From an uncultured virus (IMG/VR IMGVR_UViG_3300043438_001900) (Duplodnaviria > Heunggongvirae > Uroviricota > Caudoviricetes), in the IMG/VR virus record IMGVR_UViG_3300043438_001900: a DNA stretch of 64,000 nucleotides; one strand, 5' to 3'. The position numbers and the translations under genes were made by a program. This document shows positions 21,291-30,959 of the stretch, one piece after another. The notes below the pieces were generated by a model. The model was not told where the DNA came from. It ran no database searches and worked only from the letters and a program-made list of their open reading frames with translations. How positions within the stretch are numbered: the stretch's first letter is position 1; each line of letters begins with the position of its first letter.

Positions 21291-22261
21291 GCCCACAAAC
21301 CCTAAATTTAAATTAATGAAAAGGTTAATACTCACATTATCATTACTTTGTATGGGGTTCATATCAAACGCACAAACACCGGATACGTTAAAACTATCAC
21401 CAAAAGAACTATTTGGGGAAAGTGGTAATTTAAATAAAGTAGGGGTATTACAATCCTACGTGAATTTCTCAAAAGACGTTCTTTCAACATCAAATCTTTC
21501 AATTGGTGTAATTGGTAAACAAATATCTACCACCTTAAATTTAGGATATAGTAGGACATCTAATAATAATAAATGGGGTCACTCATTCGCATCATCAATA
21601 AATCCTATTTGGAAATATTATGGTGTGGGTTACGGTCTTAGTAGAAATGTAGAAAAAAGAACCACCACATTACAGACATTCTTTTCAACGGATTTTGATT
21701 TTCAAAACGATATCACACTATCATTTATAGATGTGATTAGAACTAAAAAATATGGAACCTTCGGTTACAGTTTAGTTGTATCTAAAACCTTTTGGGGTGG
21801 TTATCAAGGTCAATGGCAAGGTGAATATATTGTTGATTCAAACGGTAATTGGTTGTCTAATGTATACCCACAAATGTCTCCATCTAATGAAATGAATTAT
21901 AGAGGAATGGTGATGTATACGTATACGTACAAAACAAAGATTGTTAACATATCTCCTCAGTTATTCTTTATGGGTGACATATATAAAACATTCCAAGACG
22001 ATTCTTTAAACATATCATATCTAAATAAATTTAATTTAGACTTGTATTATGGGACATCTATGGATTGGAAAATAACTAAAAGGTATGTATTAAATACTAA
22101 TTTCAGATATAACACAACTTGGGATAAATTAAGTGAATCAGTCGGGTATAAAAAGAGTAATCCTTTTGTATTTATGATAGGAACAAACTTTCAATTTTAA
22201 TGAAAAAAAGACAAGTAATCAAAATAACCGAGGAACAATTTAAAAAATTGTTTGAATCAAA
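21225..22261 (+). repeat. 59-bp direct repeat (21225-21283 and 22203-22261, 1 mismatch) flanking an inserted gene
   Basis: AAAAAAAGACAA[C/G]TAATCAAAATAACCGAGGAACAATTTAAAAAATTGTTTGAATCAAA occurs twice. Confidence 0.95.
21316..22200 (+). CDS. Secreted outer-membrane beta-barrel-like protein
   Basis: Signal peptide MKRLILTLSLLCMGFISNA-Q; amphipathic strands; C-terminal ...IGTNFQF. Confidence 0.6.
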   Translation: MKRLILTLSLLCMGFISNAQTPDTLKLSPKELFGESGNLNKVGVLQSYVNFSKDVLSTSNLSIGVIGKQISTTLNLGYSRTSNNNKWGHSFASSINPIWKYYGVGYGLSRNVEKRTTTLQTFFSTDFDFQNDITLSFIDVIRTKKYGTFGYSLVVSKTFWGGYQGQWQGEYIVDSNGNWLSNVYPQMSPSNEMNYRGMVMYTYTYKTKIVNISPQLFFMGDIYKTFQDDSLNISYLNKFNLDLYYGTSMDWKITKRYVLNTNFRYNTTWDKLSESVGYKKSNPFVFMIGTNFQF

Positions 22262-22604
22262 CGAAAATGTACACGTATTAAGTTACGATGATGAATTTGG
22301 TTCAGTGGAAAATACCTCATTTGAGGCATATGGTTTATTAAACGAGGCCGAATACCAAGGACGTAAGGTACAACTTGGTAAGATTATGCAAGGTGACATT
22401 AAGAAATTTAAAGTTTACGTTAAGAATGACAAAGGAAAAGTCGTAAAGGTAAACTTTGGTTTTGGTGGTAAATCCGCAAAGGGTAAGAGAATGGTTATTA
22501 AAAAGAATAATCCCGCAAGAAGAAAATCATTTAGAGCGAGGCACCATTGTGAGAATCCGGGTCCACGTTGGAAACCAAGATATTGGGCCTGTAAAACTTG
22601 GTAA
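22200..22604 (+). CDS. Basic phage protein (KVNFG...RRKSFRARHHC...RYWACKTW)
   Basis: 134-aa ORF. Confidence 0.6.
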   Translation: MKKRQVIKITEEQFKKLFESNENVHVLSYDDEFGSVENTSFEAYGLLNEAEYQGRKVQLGKIMQGDIKKFKVYVKNDKGKVVKVNFGFGGKSAKGKRMVIKKNNPARRKSFRARHHCENPGPRWKPRYWACKTW

Positions 22605-22609
22605 TTAAT

Positions 22610-23017
22610 ATGAACTTACAAGAGAACATACAAAGAATTAAAGAGGTGATGGGAATAATCAATGAAGGATTACATGACACATCTTGGGAGAACGAAGAAG
22701 GAAATAAAATAACCCTTATGGATTTATTAAATGCCACGGAAAATATTCCTGTGGAAAACATATCTGTAGAAGAATTAAAACCACACCTATTAACTTGGGA
22801 CGATGATGAAGGTGAGGTTAAGAAAATAGATGGTGCCGACTTACAATACCCCATACTAATCTTTGTTAATGATGACGGTGAGTTTATATCAATTATAGAC
22901 GGACACCACAGAGCACAAAAGGCGGTAAGAAAAGAGTTAAAAACAATCAGGGCAAAAGTAATACCAATTAACTCTTTACCCAAAGATATTAGAAAAGTGT
23001 TTAGTCACATGAATTAA
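22610..23017 (+). CDS. ParB/Srx-like domain protein
   Basis: YPILI...IIDGHHRAQKA motif. Confidence 0.7.
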   Translation: MNLQENIQRIKEVMGIINEGLHDTSWENEEGNKITLMDLLNATENIPVENISVEELKPHLLTWDDDEGEVKKIDGADLQYPILIFVNDDGEFISIIDGHHRAQKAVRKELKTIRAKVIPINSLPKDIRKVFSHMN

Positions 23018-23037
23018 TATGAACCTACAATAAATAA

Positions 23038-23478
23038 TTAATAAAACATTACCTGTACACCACACTCATTAAGTAATTGAATACTTTTAAGTTGGGATTC
23101 CTCCCACTTTTCTTTATTCTTAGTTGTACATGTTCTTTTACACCATATAACTTTAATTCCCGAATTTACAATCCCTCTGGAACAATCCATACAAGGAACT
23201 CCCGATGTTAAGTAAATCTTGGAGTTTTTTAATGCCGTTCCGACACGTGCAGCGTTATAGATTGCGTTACGTTCAGCATGTTCGAACCAGAAGTACTTTT
23301 CAGGTCTTTCCTGACGTTCTTGTTTAGAATCATCCATTCCCCTCGGAAATGAATTATAACCCGTAGAAAGTACCTCATTATCCTCCCCAACGATAACTGC
23401 ACCTATCTGTGTAGATTCATCTTTTGATTTTAATTTTACTTGTTCGGCAATGTTCAGGAAATACTCGGTCCAATTCAT
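23038..23478 (-). CDS. dCMP deaminase
   Basis: STGYN, HAERNAI, PCMDC zinc-deaminase motifs. Confidence 0.92.
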   Translation of the reverse strand: MNWTEYFLNIAEQVKLKSKDESTQIGAVIVGEDNEVLSTGYNSFPRGMDDSKQERQERPEKYFWFEHAERNAIYNAARVGTALKNSKIYLTSGVPCMDCSRGIVNSGIKVIWCKRTCTTKNKEKWEESQLKSIQLLNECGVQVMFY

Positions 23479-23816
23479 GTAAGTTTTTGTTTAGAATTAT
23501 AATGTATACGGTCATTCGTGTACATACCTATGTTTTTAGCAATACCTTTAGAAACTAATTGACCCATTTCATTTAGATTTTTGGTATCATTTAATGCAAT
23601 GCCAACAATAAACGAACCATCGGGTTGTTTATCATACGTAATAGGTCTAACGTATTTTTCCTCATCGTCTAACTTTAAATGTTTGATGATTTCTTCTTTG
23701 GTTTGTTTACAATCGATATTTCTACCATCTATTAACATCTTTAAGACATCCACCCTTAATTTTTCGTAGTCTACTTGGTCAATACTTTCTTCAGGTATTT
23801 TTTTTATTTTCGACAT
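23475..23816 (-). CDS. Hypothetical protein
   Basis: 113-aa ORF coupled to the deaminase. Confidence 0.55.
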   Translation of the reverse strand: MSKIKKIPEESIDQVDYEKLRVDVLKMLIDGRNIDCKQTKEEIIKHLKLDDEEKYVRPITYDKQPDGSFIVGIALNDTKNLNEMGQLVSKGIAKNIGMYTNDRIHYNSKQKLT

Positions 23817-23847
23817 ATTTTACAAATATACTGAATTTCTATAAAAT

Positions 23848-23878
23848 AAAAAAGGGTCCCTTTTGAGGACCCTTTCTT
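23848..23878 (-). terminator. Intrinsic terminator after the capsid gene
   Basis: AAAGGGTCC-loop-GGACCCTTT with an A-run on the left (U-tract on the minus strand). Confidence 0.8.
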
Positions 23879-23895
23879 TATGACTGATAATTAGA

Positions 23896-25626
23896 TTATC
23901 TTAATGTGTCAAGACTGAATGTAGCCAATCCATGTACGTCAATTAAGCCATAGTAACGGTTATTAACCATTTTCTTAGCGTATCTTGTCATAATACCCTT
24001 AATTGGGGTAAAGTTGAACGGGTTATACATTGTAGGAGTCAATTGTAAAGGAACGTAAGGTGCGTAAATGTAACCTGCGTCTAACAATGATTTTCCTTTG
24101 TGACCGATGATTACTTTACCTGCTGGTAAGTAAGGGTCACGGTAAACTTGGTAACGACCAGCTAATGAACCGATTTTCTCGATACCCATGTTGTAAGTGT
24201 CAGCCTCTGGACCAGCACTTGATACGTGGAAATATTCTAAGTCATCGAATACTGCTGATACTTCAGAAGAAACAACAACCCAGTTAGCTCCACCACGAAG
24301 AGTTGTCTTGTGGATTTGAGCAGAGATTTGGTTGATTTTGGTAACCAAAGTTTGGTTCCAATCTTTCTGAGTGTAACCCATGAAAGGAGTGTTACCGGTT
24401 GCTCCGTATTTCCATTCGTTATAGTCCCACTTAGTTCTCCAAGCGGCACCTTTACGGATGTCACGTAAAATTTCACGGTCAATTTCTGCCGCAACTTGCT
24501 CAGACAATAAAGCTGTTAATTCAGCCTCAGCGTCGATGTTGTGGAATGCAGAAACGTCTTGTGCTAATTCTGGAGACCAGCTAGCTCTTAGTTTTCTTTC
24601 AGTTACAGAAACTGTTACTGACTCAAGGTCGAAAGAAACCTCACCGATTTCTTCTTCGAATTCAAGAGAAGCATAAGTGTTGTAAGAAACAACTAAGTTA
24701 GCAAGTGCTAAGTCGTTAGAACTAAAGTCAGATGCAGAGAAACCATTTGTTGTACTGTAAGATTCGAAATCTACATTTAAGTAAATTTTACCTTCTTCGT
24801 CACAAATGTCATTGTATTTAGCAACACCACTACCTGATTTTTGTCCGTACTCAACGATACCTTTACCATATTTCTGAGTTACAACGTTAAAGTTTTTAAC
24901 ACCGTTTTGTGCTGTTGTGTTACCAGTAACTGTGATTGCTAATGAAGCTAAAAATTCTTCAGTGTCCATAATGTTACCATTAGCACCTACCATTTTACCT
25001 TCACCTGCTGTAGTGAAACCACTAAGAACAACGATTGCACTTGATACTGAATCTCCACTCAAAGCGGCTGTACTTTCAGATGCAGCACCATTACTGAATG
25101 TTACGAATGCGAAAGGTGCTGCTGCGATTGCAGTAACTGCTCCTTTAGAATAATCGAACAAACCTGAAGTTGCTGTGTCATCTTCTTCGTAGAAACGGTC
25201 GTACAAGTTAGTACCTGTGTAACCTGAAGTTGGGTTAGTTTGAGACGAAGGGAAACCATAAGGTTGGTTATGGTAACCACCTGAAGTTCTTTCCTGAATT
25301 TTAGGGATAAAGAAGAACAATTTACCAATAGGTAAGTTCATTGCTTGTACCGAAACGATGTCGTTTGCTAATAATTTAGAGAATACACGACGGATAATTG
25401 GGAAAACTACAGTCTCGAAAGAACCACTAGCATCAGAAACTGCTGCTTCGTTGATTAAGTAAGACGCTTGGTTTTCATACAATTGCGCGATGTTATCTTT
25501 TTTATGGCCTTCAAGGCCTTCTAGGAAACCTAAGTCATCCCATTTTTTGATGGTATCTTCTTTGATAACTCTAAGGTGTTTTAACCCGATGTTACCTACC
25601 ATACCTGATTCTAATAATGCTCCCAT
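23896..25626 (-). CDS. Major capsid protein, T4 gp23-like
   Basis: IVSVQAMNLPIG, RKLRASWSPELAQD, AEIDREI, YAPYVPL, GIMTRYAKK. Confidence 0.95.
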   Translation of the reverse strand: MGALLESGMVGNIGLKHLRVIKEDTIKKWDDLGFLEGLEGHKKDNIAQLYENQASYLINEAAVSDASGSFETVVFPIIRRVFSKLLANDIVSVQAMNLPIGKLFFFIPKIQERTSGGYHNQPYGFPSSQTNPTSGYTGTNLYDRFYEEDDTATSGLFDYSKGAVTAIAAAPFAFVTFSNGAASESTAALSGDSVSSAIVVLSGFTTAGEGKMVGANGNIMDTEEFLASLAITVTGNTTAQNGVKNFNVVTQKYGKGIVEYGQKSGSGVAKYNDICDEEGKIYLNVDFESYSTTNGFSASDFSSNDLALANLVVSYNTYASLEFEEEIGEVSFDLESVTVSVTERKLRASWSPELAQDVSAFHNIDAEAELTALLSEQVAAEIDREILRDIRKGAAWRTKWDYNEWKYGATGNTPFMGYTQKDWNQTLVTKINQISAQIHKTTLRGGANWVVVSSEVSAVFDDLEYFHVSSAGPEADTYNMGIEKIGSLAGRYQVYRDPYLPAGKVIIGHKGKSLLDAGYIYAPYVPLQLTPTMYNPFNFTPIKGIMTRYAKKMVNNRYYGLIDVHGLATFSLDTLR

Positions 25627-25659
25627 TTTAGTATTTTTTTTGGTTTTTTATTTTTATGT

Positions 25660-26847
25660 TTATTTTATTTTTGTCATCAAATCTTTCATTCTCTTAAATT
25701 GAGGATTCTCATAAGCCTTTGACTCAGATAAAACTTCAGTAGAAGATGAACTACTCGGTGCTGACGTGATTTTTTCAACCACTGATTCTGAAATTGGTTT
25801 TTTAACTTCAAATTCAGATTTTAATGTACTATACAAGTTCTTAGATTCTTTCAAGGTTGAAATTGAATCGAATCTCTTTAAGATGTTTAACTTTTCTTGT
25901 TTTGTTGTTGAATGTTCAGTGAACAAACGTGTAGCGTACGCTAAGTTTGCATTGAACACAGCAACTTCATTAAGTTTCTCTTTGAACAATATAAGGGCCT
26001 TTTTGTATTCAGAGTTTTGTTTTTTCAAGGTCTCAACTTCTTCGTTGATTGCTCCTGCTGCAAATACTTTTTTACCTTTGATACCTGTTCTGTTCGCTCC
26101 GGCTTTATCACCGTGTGCGTTCCACTTAGTTCTAGCGGCTTCTTCTACATCACCCTCCATTGGTTCTGCAAATTCCTCTTCAGAAACTTCTTCTTCACCA
26201 ATTGGTTCGTCAAGTTCGATTTCATAAACTACTTCTTCATTTTCTTCTCCTTCAGCATCTGCACCATCAAGGCCAGCACCTGAAAGGTCGAAAGAATCGT
26301 CTTCGTTCATGTCAAATGATTCTTCTTCCGTAGATTCATCTTCTAACTTGATGATGTATTCGTCATCGCCATCTGATAATTCAATGTGATTGTTATCTTT
26401 CTTAACGATGATACCATCTTCAGGACCCATTGCTTTGAAAACTTTTAATATTTCGTCTTCGTCAGCATCAGTCATGTCAACAACATCTTCTTCATCTTCA
26501 GAATCCATACCCATACCCATATTAGGCATTTCGTCTTCATCTTCAAAATCCATTGAATCGATATCTTTTGATATTTCTTCATCGTCAGATGATTCTTCAC
26601 CTGATTCATCATTATTAAGACCGTCTTCTTCATCTCCAGCTTCAGCTGGTACATCGTCTTGTGTCTCTTCTTCAGAATCGGGTTGTTCTGCAACAACCTC
26701 TTCCTCTTCTTCCATAGATTCTTTTAGCAAATCATTTAGTTCTTGTTTCATGGTAGAAGCAAGTATACCTTTTGCATTTGCCCTTACTGCCTCTTCAAGT
26801 GTCTGCACCTGAAGTAACGCTTGTTCTAAGATTGATTTTTCGCTCAT
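25660..26847 (-). CDS. Prohead core/scaffolding protein
   Basis: Very acidic, coiled-coil; lies between protease and capsid genes. Confidence 0.75.
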   Translation of the reverse strand: MSEKSILEQALLQVQTLEEAVRANAKGILASTMKQELNDLLKESMEEEEEVVAEQPDSEEETQDDVPAEAGDEEDGLNNDESGEESSDDEEISKDIDSMDFEDEDEMPNMGMGMDSEDEEDVVDMTDADEDEILKVFKAMGPEDGIIVKKDNNHIELSDGDDEYIIKLEDESTEEESFDMNEDDSFDLSGAGLDGADAEGEENEEVVYEIELDEPIGEEEVSEEEFAEPMEGDVEEAARTKWNAHGDKAGANRTGIKGKKVFAAGAINEEVETLKKQNSEYKKALILFKEKLNEVAVFNANLAYATRLFTEHSTTKQEKLNILKRFDSISTLKESKNLYSTLKSEFEVKKPISESVVEKITSAPSSSSSTEVLSESKAYENPQFKRMKDLMTKIK

Positions 26848-26927
26848 TTTAAAAAATTAGTTTATTATAAATATTGTGATTATGTAAAAAAGTACTTTTT
26901 ACGGTATTATAATCTTAAATAAATTAG

Positions 26928-27611
26928 TTATTTAGATAAAAAACTATCCAACTTATTCATTAGATTTATCATTTTGTTAGACTGTTCAGGTCTTTCTTGG
27001 GTTGATTCCTGATATTGTTCTCTCTCACTTGGGTCCTTAAATACATAGGCACCGGGGGTAGATGGAGATGATACTAAATCGTAACATACGAGTTCAAAGT
27101 CCTCTTGTACTATATTCTGACCTCTAACATTCTTTAAGGAACCGACACCTCTTGATGATATACCCAACGTTGCCCCGTTCATAAGTAACATTGCGGCTTG
27201 GTCACCCTTAGTACTAACGATACCCATCTTCTTCCAACCTGGTGAAGTGAATAGTTTAATTTTACCCATTAGGATTTTACCATCCCACCAAGTTTCAAGG
27301 ATTGAATGGGAAACCCTATCTAAATCGATAAGTGATGATGATGGGTGATTTAACTCATTTAGAGCACCACCTTTTTTAATAAGGGTTTGATATTTCTCGT
27401 TTTCTCTCTTTAATAATACTTCAGGGTAGATTCTACCGTTCTTATTTGGAGTATCATATTTTTGTAAAACAGCATACAAAATAATATCCTGAGAGAAGTC
27501 TGTATCTTTCATCTCGGATATTATTTTTTTATTGTCTTGGGGAGAAACGTGACCGGCGTCGTATTCTATTAATATACCTCTTCCGATTTCATTGGGTCCG
27601 AGTATTTTCAT
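26928..27611 (-). CDS. Prohead protease, T4 gp21-like
   Basis: NKNGRIYP, ELNHP, GISSRGVGS, DLVSSPSTPGA. Confidence 0.92.
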   Translation of the reverse strand: MKILGPNEIGRGILIEYDAGHVSPQDNKKIISEMKDTDFSQDIILYAVLQKYDTPNKNGRIYPEVLLKRENEKYQTLIKKGGALNELNHPSSSLIDLDRVSHSILETWWDGKILMGKIKLFTSPGWKKMGIVSTKGDQAAMLLMNGATLGISSRGVGSLKNVRGQNIVQEDFELVCYDLVSSPSTPGAYVFKDPSEREQYQESTQERPEQSNKMINLMNKLDSFLSK

Positions 27612-27645
27612 TTATCTTTTTCATAATAAATACCCCGTTCCTACA

Positions 27646-28071
27646 TTAATTCTTCGTTTCGTTGAAATTAAAGAGAGTTTCGTCAGTTAAAACGTTATCA
27701 ATTAGTGTCTCAGATAAATCTGCAACGATTTGTTTTATCTCTTTTGACCTTACATCAAAATATTTTTCAACGTATAATGTAATTTCTAGGTCCATAAATG
27801 ACCGTTTATTAATTTTAACTCCGCTGGTCTTTATGTCCAAATCCACAATTGATTGTGGTTTAAAATATTCGCAGTTTAAATTGTGAATATTTTCTTTTAT
27901 TTGTCTTCTTGTTTTGTTAATCAATCTATCGAAGTCACAATCCTCTGTATCGGGTTGTGTCCATGAGTTTAATTGGATATAGATTGTCTTTAGGTCTTTG
28001 TAGTCAACTGTACCGTATCCTATTTTAACATTGTTGTGGACACCAATTGGAATAAATTTTCCTCTTTTCAT
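27646..28071 (-). CDS. Hypothetical protein
   Basis: 141-aa ORF. Confidence 0.55.
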   Translation of the reverse strand: MKRGKFIPIGVHNNVKIGYGTVDYKDLKTIYIQLNSWTQPDTEDCDFDRLINKTRRQIKENIHNLNCEYFKPQSIVDLDIKTSGVKINKRSFMDLEITLYVEKYFDVRSKEIKQIVADLSETLIDNVLTDETLFNFNETKN

Positions 28072-28168
28072 TTAATATTTTCATACTTAGTTATTTTATG
28101 GTGTATTTAAAATATACAAAAAAAAGTCAAGAAATCAAAATAATTTCATTATAATTGTAAAAAAGAAT

Positions 28169-28360
28169 ATGATAATCATCAATGTACTAAAAGAAAAAAA
28201 CCTTGAAGTAGCACTTAAAAAGTACAAATTCAAGGTTCTTAAAACTAAACAAACTGAACAACTAAGAGAGAGACAACAATTTGTGAAACCTTCGGTTGTT
28301 AAAAGAAGTGAAAAGTTAAAGGCGATTTACAAACAGCACAAGAACAATCCCGAGGATTAA
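28169..28360 (+). CDS. rpsU: Ribosomal protein bS21
   Basis: LEVALKKYKFKV...LRERQQFVKPSVVKRSEKLKAIY matches bS21. Confidence 0.85.
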   Translation: MIIINVLKEKNLEVALKKYKFKVLKTKQTEQLRERQQFVKPSVVKRSEKLKAIYKQHKNNPED

Positions 28361-29088
28361 TCCAAGTTATTCTTCAACTCTGTTAATCTAAAATAGTTGT
28401 ATTTCGATACTACCGATTCATTAACGTCGTTTTTAACGTTAGTTAATTTATCACGTAGTTCATTGTCTGATTCGGTTAAAAGAGAATCAATCTTAGTATT
28501 AAGACTTTCCTTTAATGTTTCCATTTCAGATTTTAATTCAGTTTCATCCATAGAAACAATTTTCTTAAACATTTCTTTTTGACCCTCATTCATAAAATCA
28601 ACAAACTTGGTGTTGAAGTTATTCACCAAAACCGCATTCAATAAAGATTGATTATCGGTATGAGTTGATTCTGAAACTTGAGATGATTTCTTTTTAGTAA
28701 GGTGTGAGATTAATGTTTGTTTAGACTCAACCTTCTTCTCAATGTTTAAAAGGGTATTCTTTTCAGAAATAATATCTAAACATTCATAGATTACATTCTT
28801 TTCAATTGATACATCACCCAATATCTTATTCAAAGATTTACAAGATTCTTTAATCGAGTTTGATTTTTCAATCAACAATGATTCAATTTGTTCAACGAAC
28901 AATTTGGCGGTATCGGTACTTGAGATGTGTTTATTTTCGATATCTTCATAGAACAAGTACATTTCTGACAAGTTCTTATCTGATTTAATTTGTTTTAATA
29001 ATTCTTTTACGTCTGATTTTTTATCAGAAGTGTAAGATTCTGTTAATTTGTTTAACAGTTTTGATTTTACATTACCAAAGTTTGACAT
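28357..29088 (-). CDS. Hypothetical head-module protein
   Basis: 243-aa ORF directly after the portal gene. Confidence 0.6.
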   Translation of the reverse strand: MSNFGNVKSKLLNKLTESYTSDKKSDVKELLKQIKSDKNLSEMYLFYEDIENKHISSTDTAKLFVEQIESLLIEKSNSIKESCKSLNKILGDVSIEKNVIYECLDIISEKNTLLNIEKKVESKQTLISHLTKKKSSQVSESTHTDNQSLLNAVLVNNFNTKFVDFMNEGQKEMFKKIVSMDETELKSEMETLKESLNTKIDSLLTESDNELRDKLTNVKNDVNESVVSKYNYFRLTELKNNLD

Positions 29089-29090
29089 TC

Positions 29091-30902
29091 TTATTGTTCG
29101 TTTAGTATATCTTTTAATTTATTTTCTATTTCATAAATATTCTGTTGTGCCCTATTCATATCGAATAAATCGGTAAACTCTTCGCTCTCACCCAACATTC
29201 CTAATATTTTACGTTTTTTTGATGATTCCGCTAACGGTTCGGCTCCACCCGATGGAGGTGCCTCCGCCGCTGGCGCTCCACCACCCATATCCATTCCACC
29301 TGGTTCTCCACCACCTTCCGGTGCATCACCACCCTGTTCTCTTTCTTCCTCAGGAACACCGTACTTAGTATCTACTTCATCAAATACACCTGAACGTTTA
29401 ATAACATTCTGAGTGTTTGTTAATTCAAATCCCATTGCTCTTTCAAGACGTTGTTGTTGTAAATCAAGTATAACCTCACTATCACTCATACCAAGAATAT
29501 TTTTCTTAGCCCATGTGTGGGATACTGGTAATATACCAACTTGTGATGTGTCAGACGTTGCATCTTTATATAGAACAATTTTTTCTTTCCACTGCTCAAT
29601 ACGTAATAAGTCTGATTGTGCTGAAGGGTTAGTTAATGATAATGTGAAATTATCCAACTCATCCTCCAATCCAAGAAGATACAAATGCATAAGTGCAATT
29701 TTGTTTAATTCTTGAATCATAGACTTTTGAATTCTATTGATGGTTCTAGCGAAACGGATATCCATTAACGCTAAAGTTTTACCGTCACCAACCACCTCTT
29801 CAAAACCTAAGAATGCCTTAGGTATACGAAGTGCCGCCAACATTTTCTTTTGGATGTATTCAATATCCGCAATCTCACCTAAGTTTTGTGCTCCCGGTAG
29901 AGTTTCAATTGGATTAGTTTGTGCCGCATCACGTACAGGAATGAAATAATCTTGGTCAACAGCCATTTGGTTATATCTCATATCCACTTGACCATTTCTA
30001 CTGTCAACTATTTGGTCCCTTTTAAATTTGTTCGCCACACGTTGCACATACGCCTCGATATCTTTATCATCCATGTTACCAACGAATACTTTGAATACAC
30101 GTCTTTCGGGTGCTCTTGTTGTTCTATAAATTAACATCGCATCTTCGGCAAGAAGTAATTGTTTCCAAATTCTTCTAATCTTATCCAACATTGATGTACC
30201 ATATGGTAACTTTCTATCGTCACCCAGTAATCTAAAGTGGGCAATTTCCCATGCTTGGAATTCTAAATCTTTATTTTTCCATTGGAACCTTAATTCTCTC
30301 GATGGCATCTTAGAATCATTTTGGTTAGGTGCTTTAGTTGAGCCACCCTCCATTCTTTCAATCTCAATATTCGGTAATTGTTGACAACCAACAATACCTT
30401 TTTCGGGGTCAATTTTTAAATAAACAAAATCATCACCGTACTTACACACACCACGAGCCCACATTTGTAGGTTAGTGTTCAAATCTAAACGATTAATGAA
30501 TAAGTCCTCAAGTATGGTTTTAATTCTTGAAGATTCTGAAAATATAGTAAGAATTTCACCTTTTTCTGATAATGTAGTAGATTCTTCTGCATAGATGTCT
30601 AATGCCGCCGAAATCTCAGGAGTAAACTCCATTGATTCATAATCATAATACGCCGACATTCTATTTGGTTCATAATAAACCGATTGGTTATATAATGATT
30701 GTTCAAGTTTTGTCCACTTGTCAGCAACGTATTGACTCTGTTGAGCCTGTAACATCGCCTTTTCGTATTCTTCCCTACTATTGGTTTTTAGTATTTCTTC
30801 TCTCGAGAAATTAAATGACGGTGAATCCTCGGGTTTTACTTGTCCCGGGAAACCAAACATCTTGGTTAACCTCTGAAATACAGTTATGTTATTATCTGCC
30901 AT
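29091..30902 (-). CDS. Portal protein, T4 gp20-like
   Basis: EDAMLIYRTTRAPERRVFKVFVGN, DYFIPVR, IETLPGAQNLGEIADIEY. Confidence 0.95.
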   Translation of the reverse strand: MADNNITVFQRLTKMFGFPGQVKPEDSPSFNFSREEILKTNSREEYEKAMLQAQQSQYVADKWTKLEQSLYNQSVYYEPNRMSAYYDYESMEFTPEISAALDIYAEESTTLSEKGEILTIFSESSRIKTILEDLFINRLDLNTNLQMWARGVCKYGDDFVYLKIDPEKGIVGCQQLPNIEIERMEGGSTKAPNQNDSKMPSRELRFQWKNKDLEFQAWEIAHFRLLGDDRKLPYGTSMLDKIRRIWKQLLLAEDAMLIYRTTRAPERRVFKVFVGNMDDKDIEAYVQRVANKFKRDQIVDSRNGQVDMRYNQMAVDQDYFIPVRDAAQTNPIETLPGAQNLGEIADIEYIQKKMLAALRIPKAFLGFEEVVGDGKTLALMDIRFARTINRIQKSMIQELNKIALMHLYLLGLEDELDNFTLSLTNPSAQSDLLRIEQWKEKIVLYKDATSDTSQVGILPVSHTWAKKNILGMSDSEVILDLQQQRLERAMGFELTNTQNVIKRSGVFDEVDTKYGVPEEEREQGGDAPEGGGEPGGMDMGGGAPAAEAPPSGGAEPLAESSKKRKILGMLGESEEFTDLFDMNRAQQNIYEIENKLKDILNEQ

Positions 30903-30959
30903 GTATATAAATAGTTTTCTTTATAATATAAATAATTTTAAGGGGATATTAAAGTCGTG

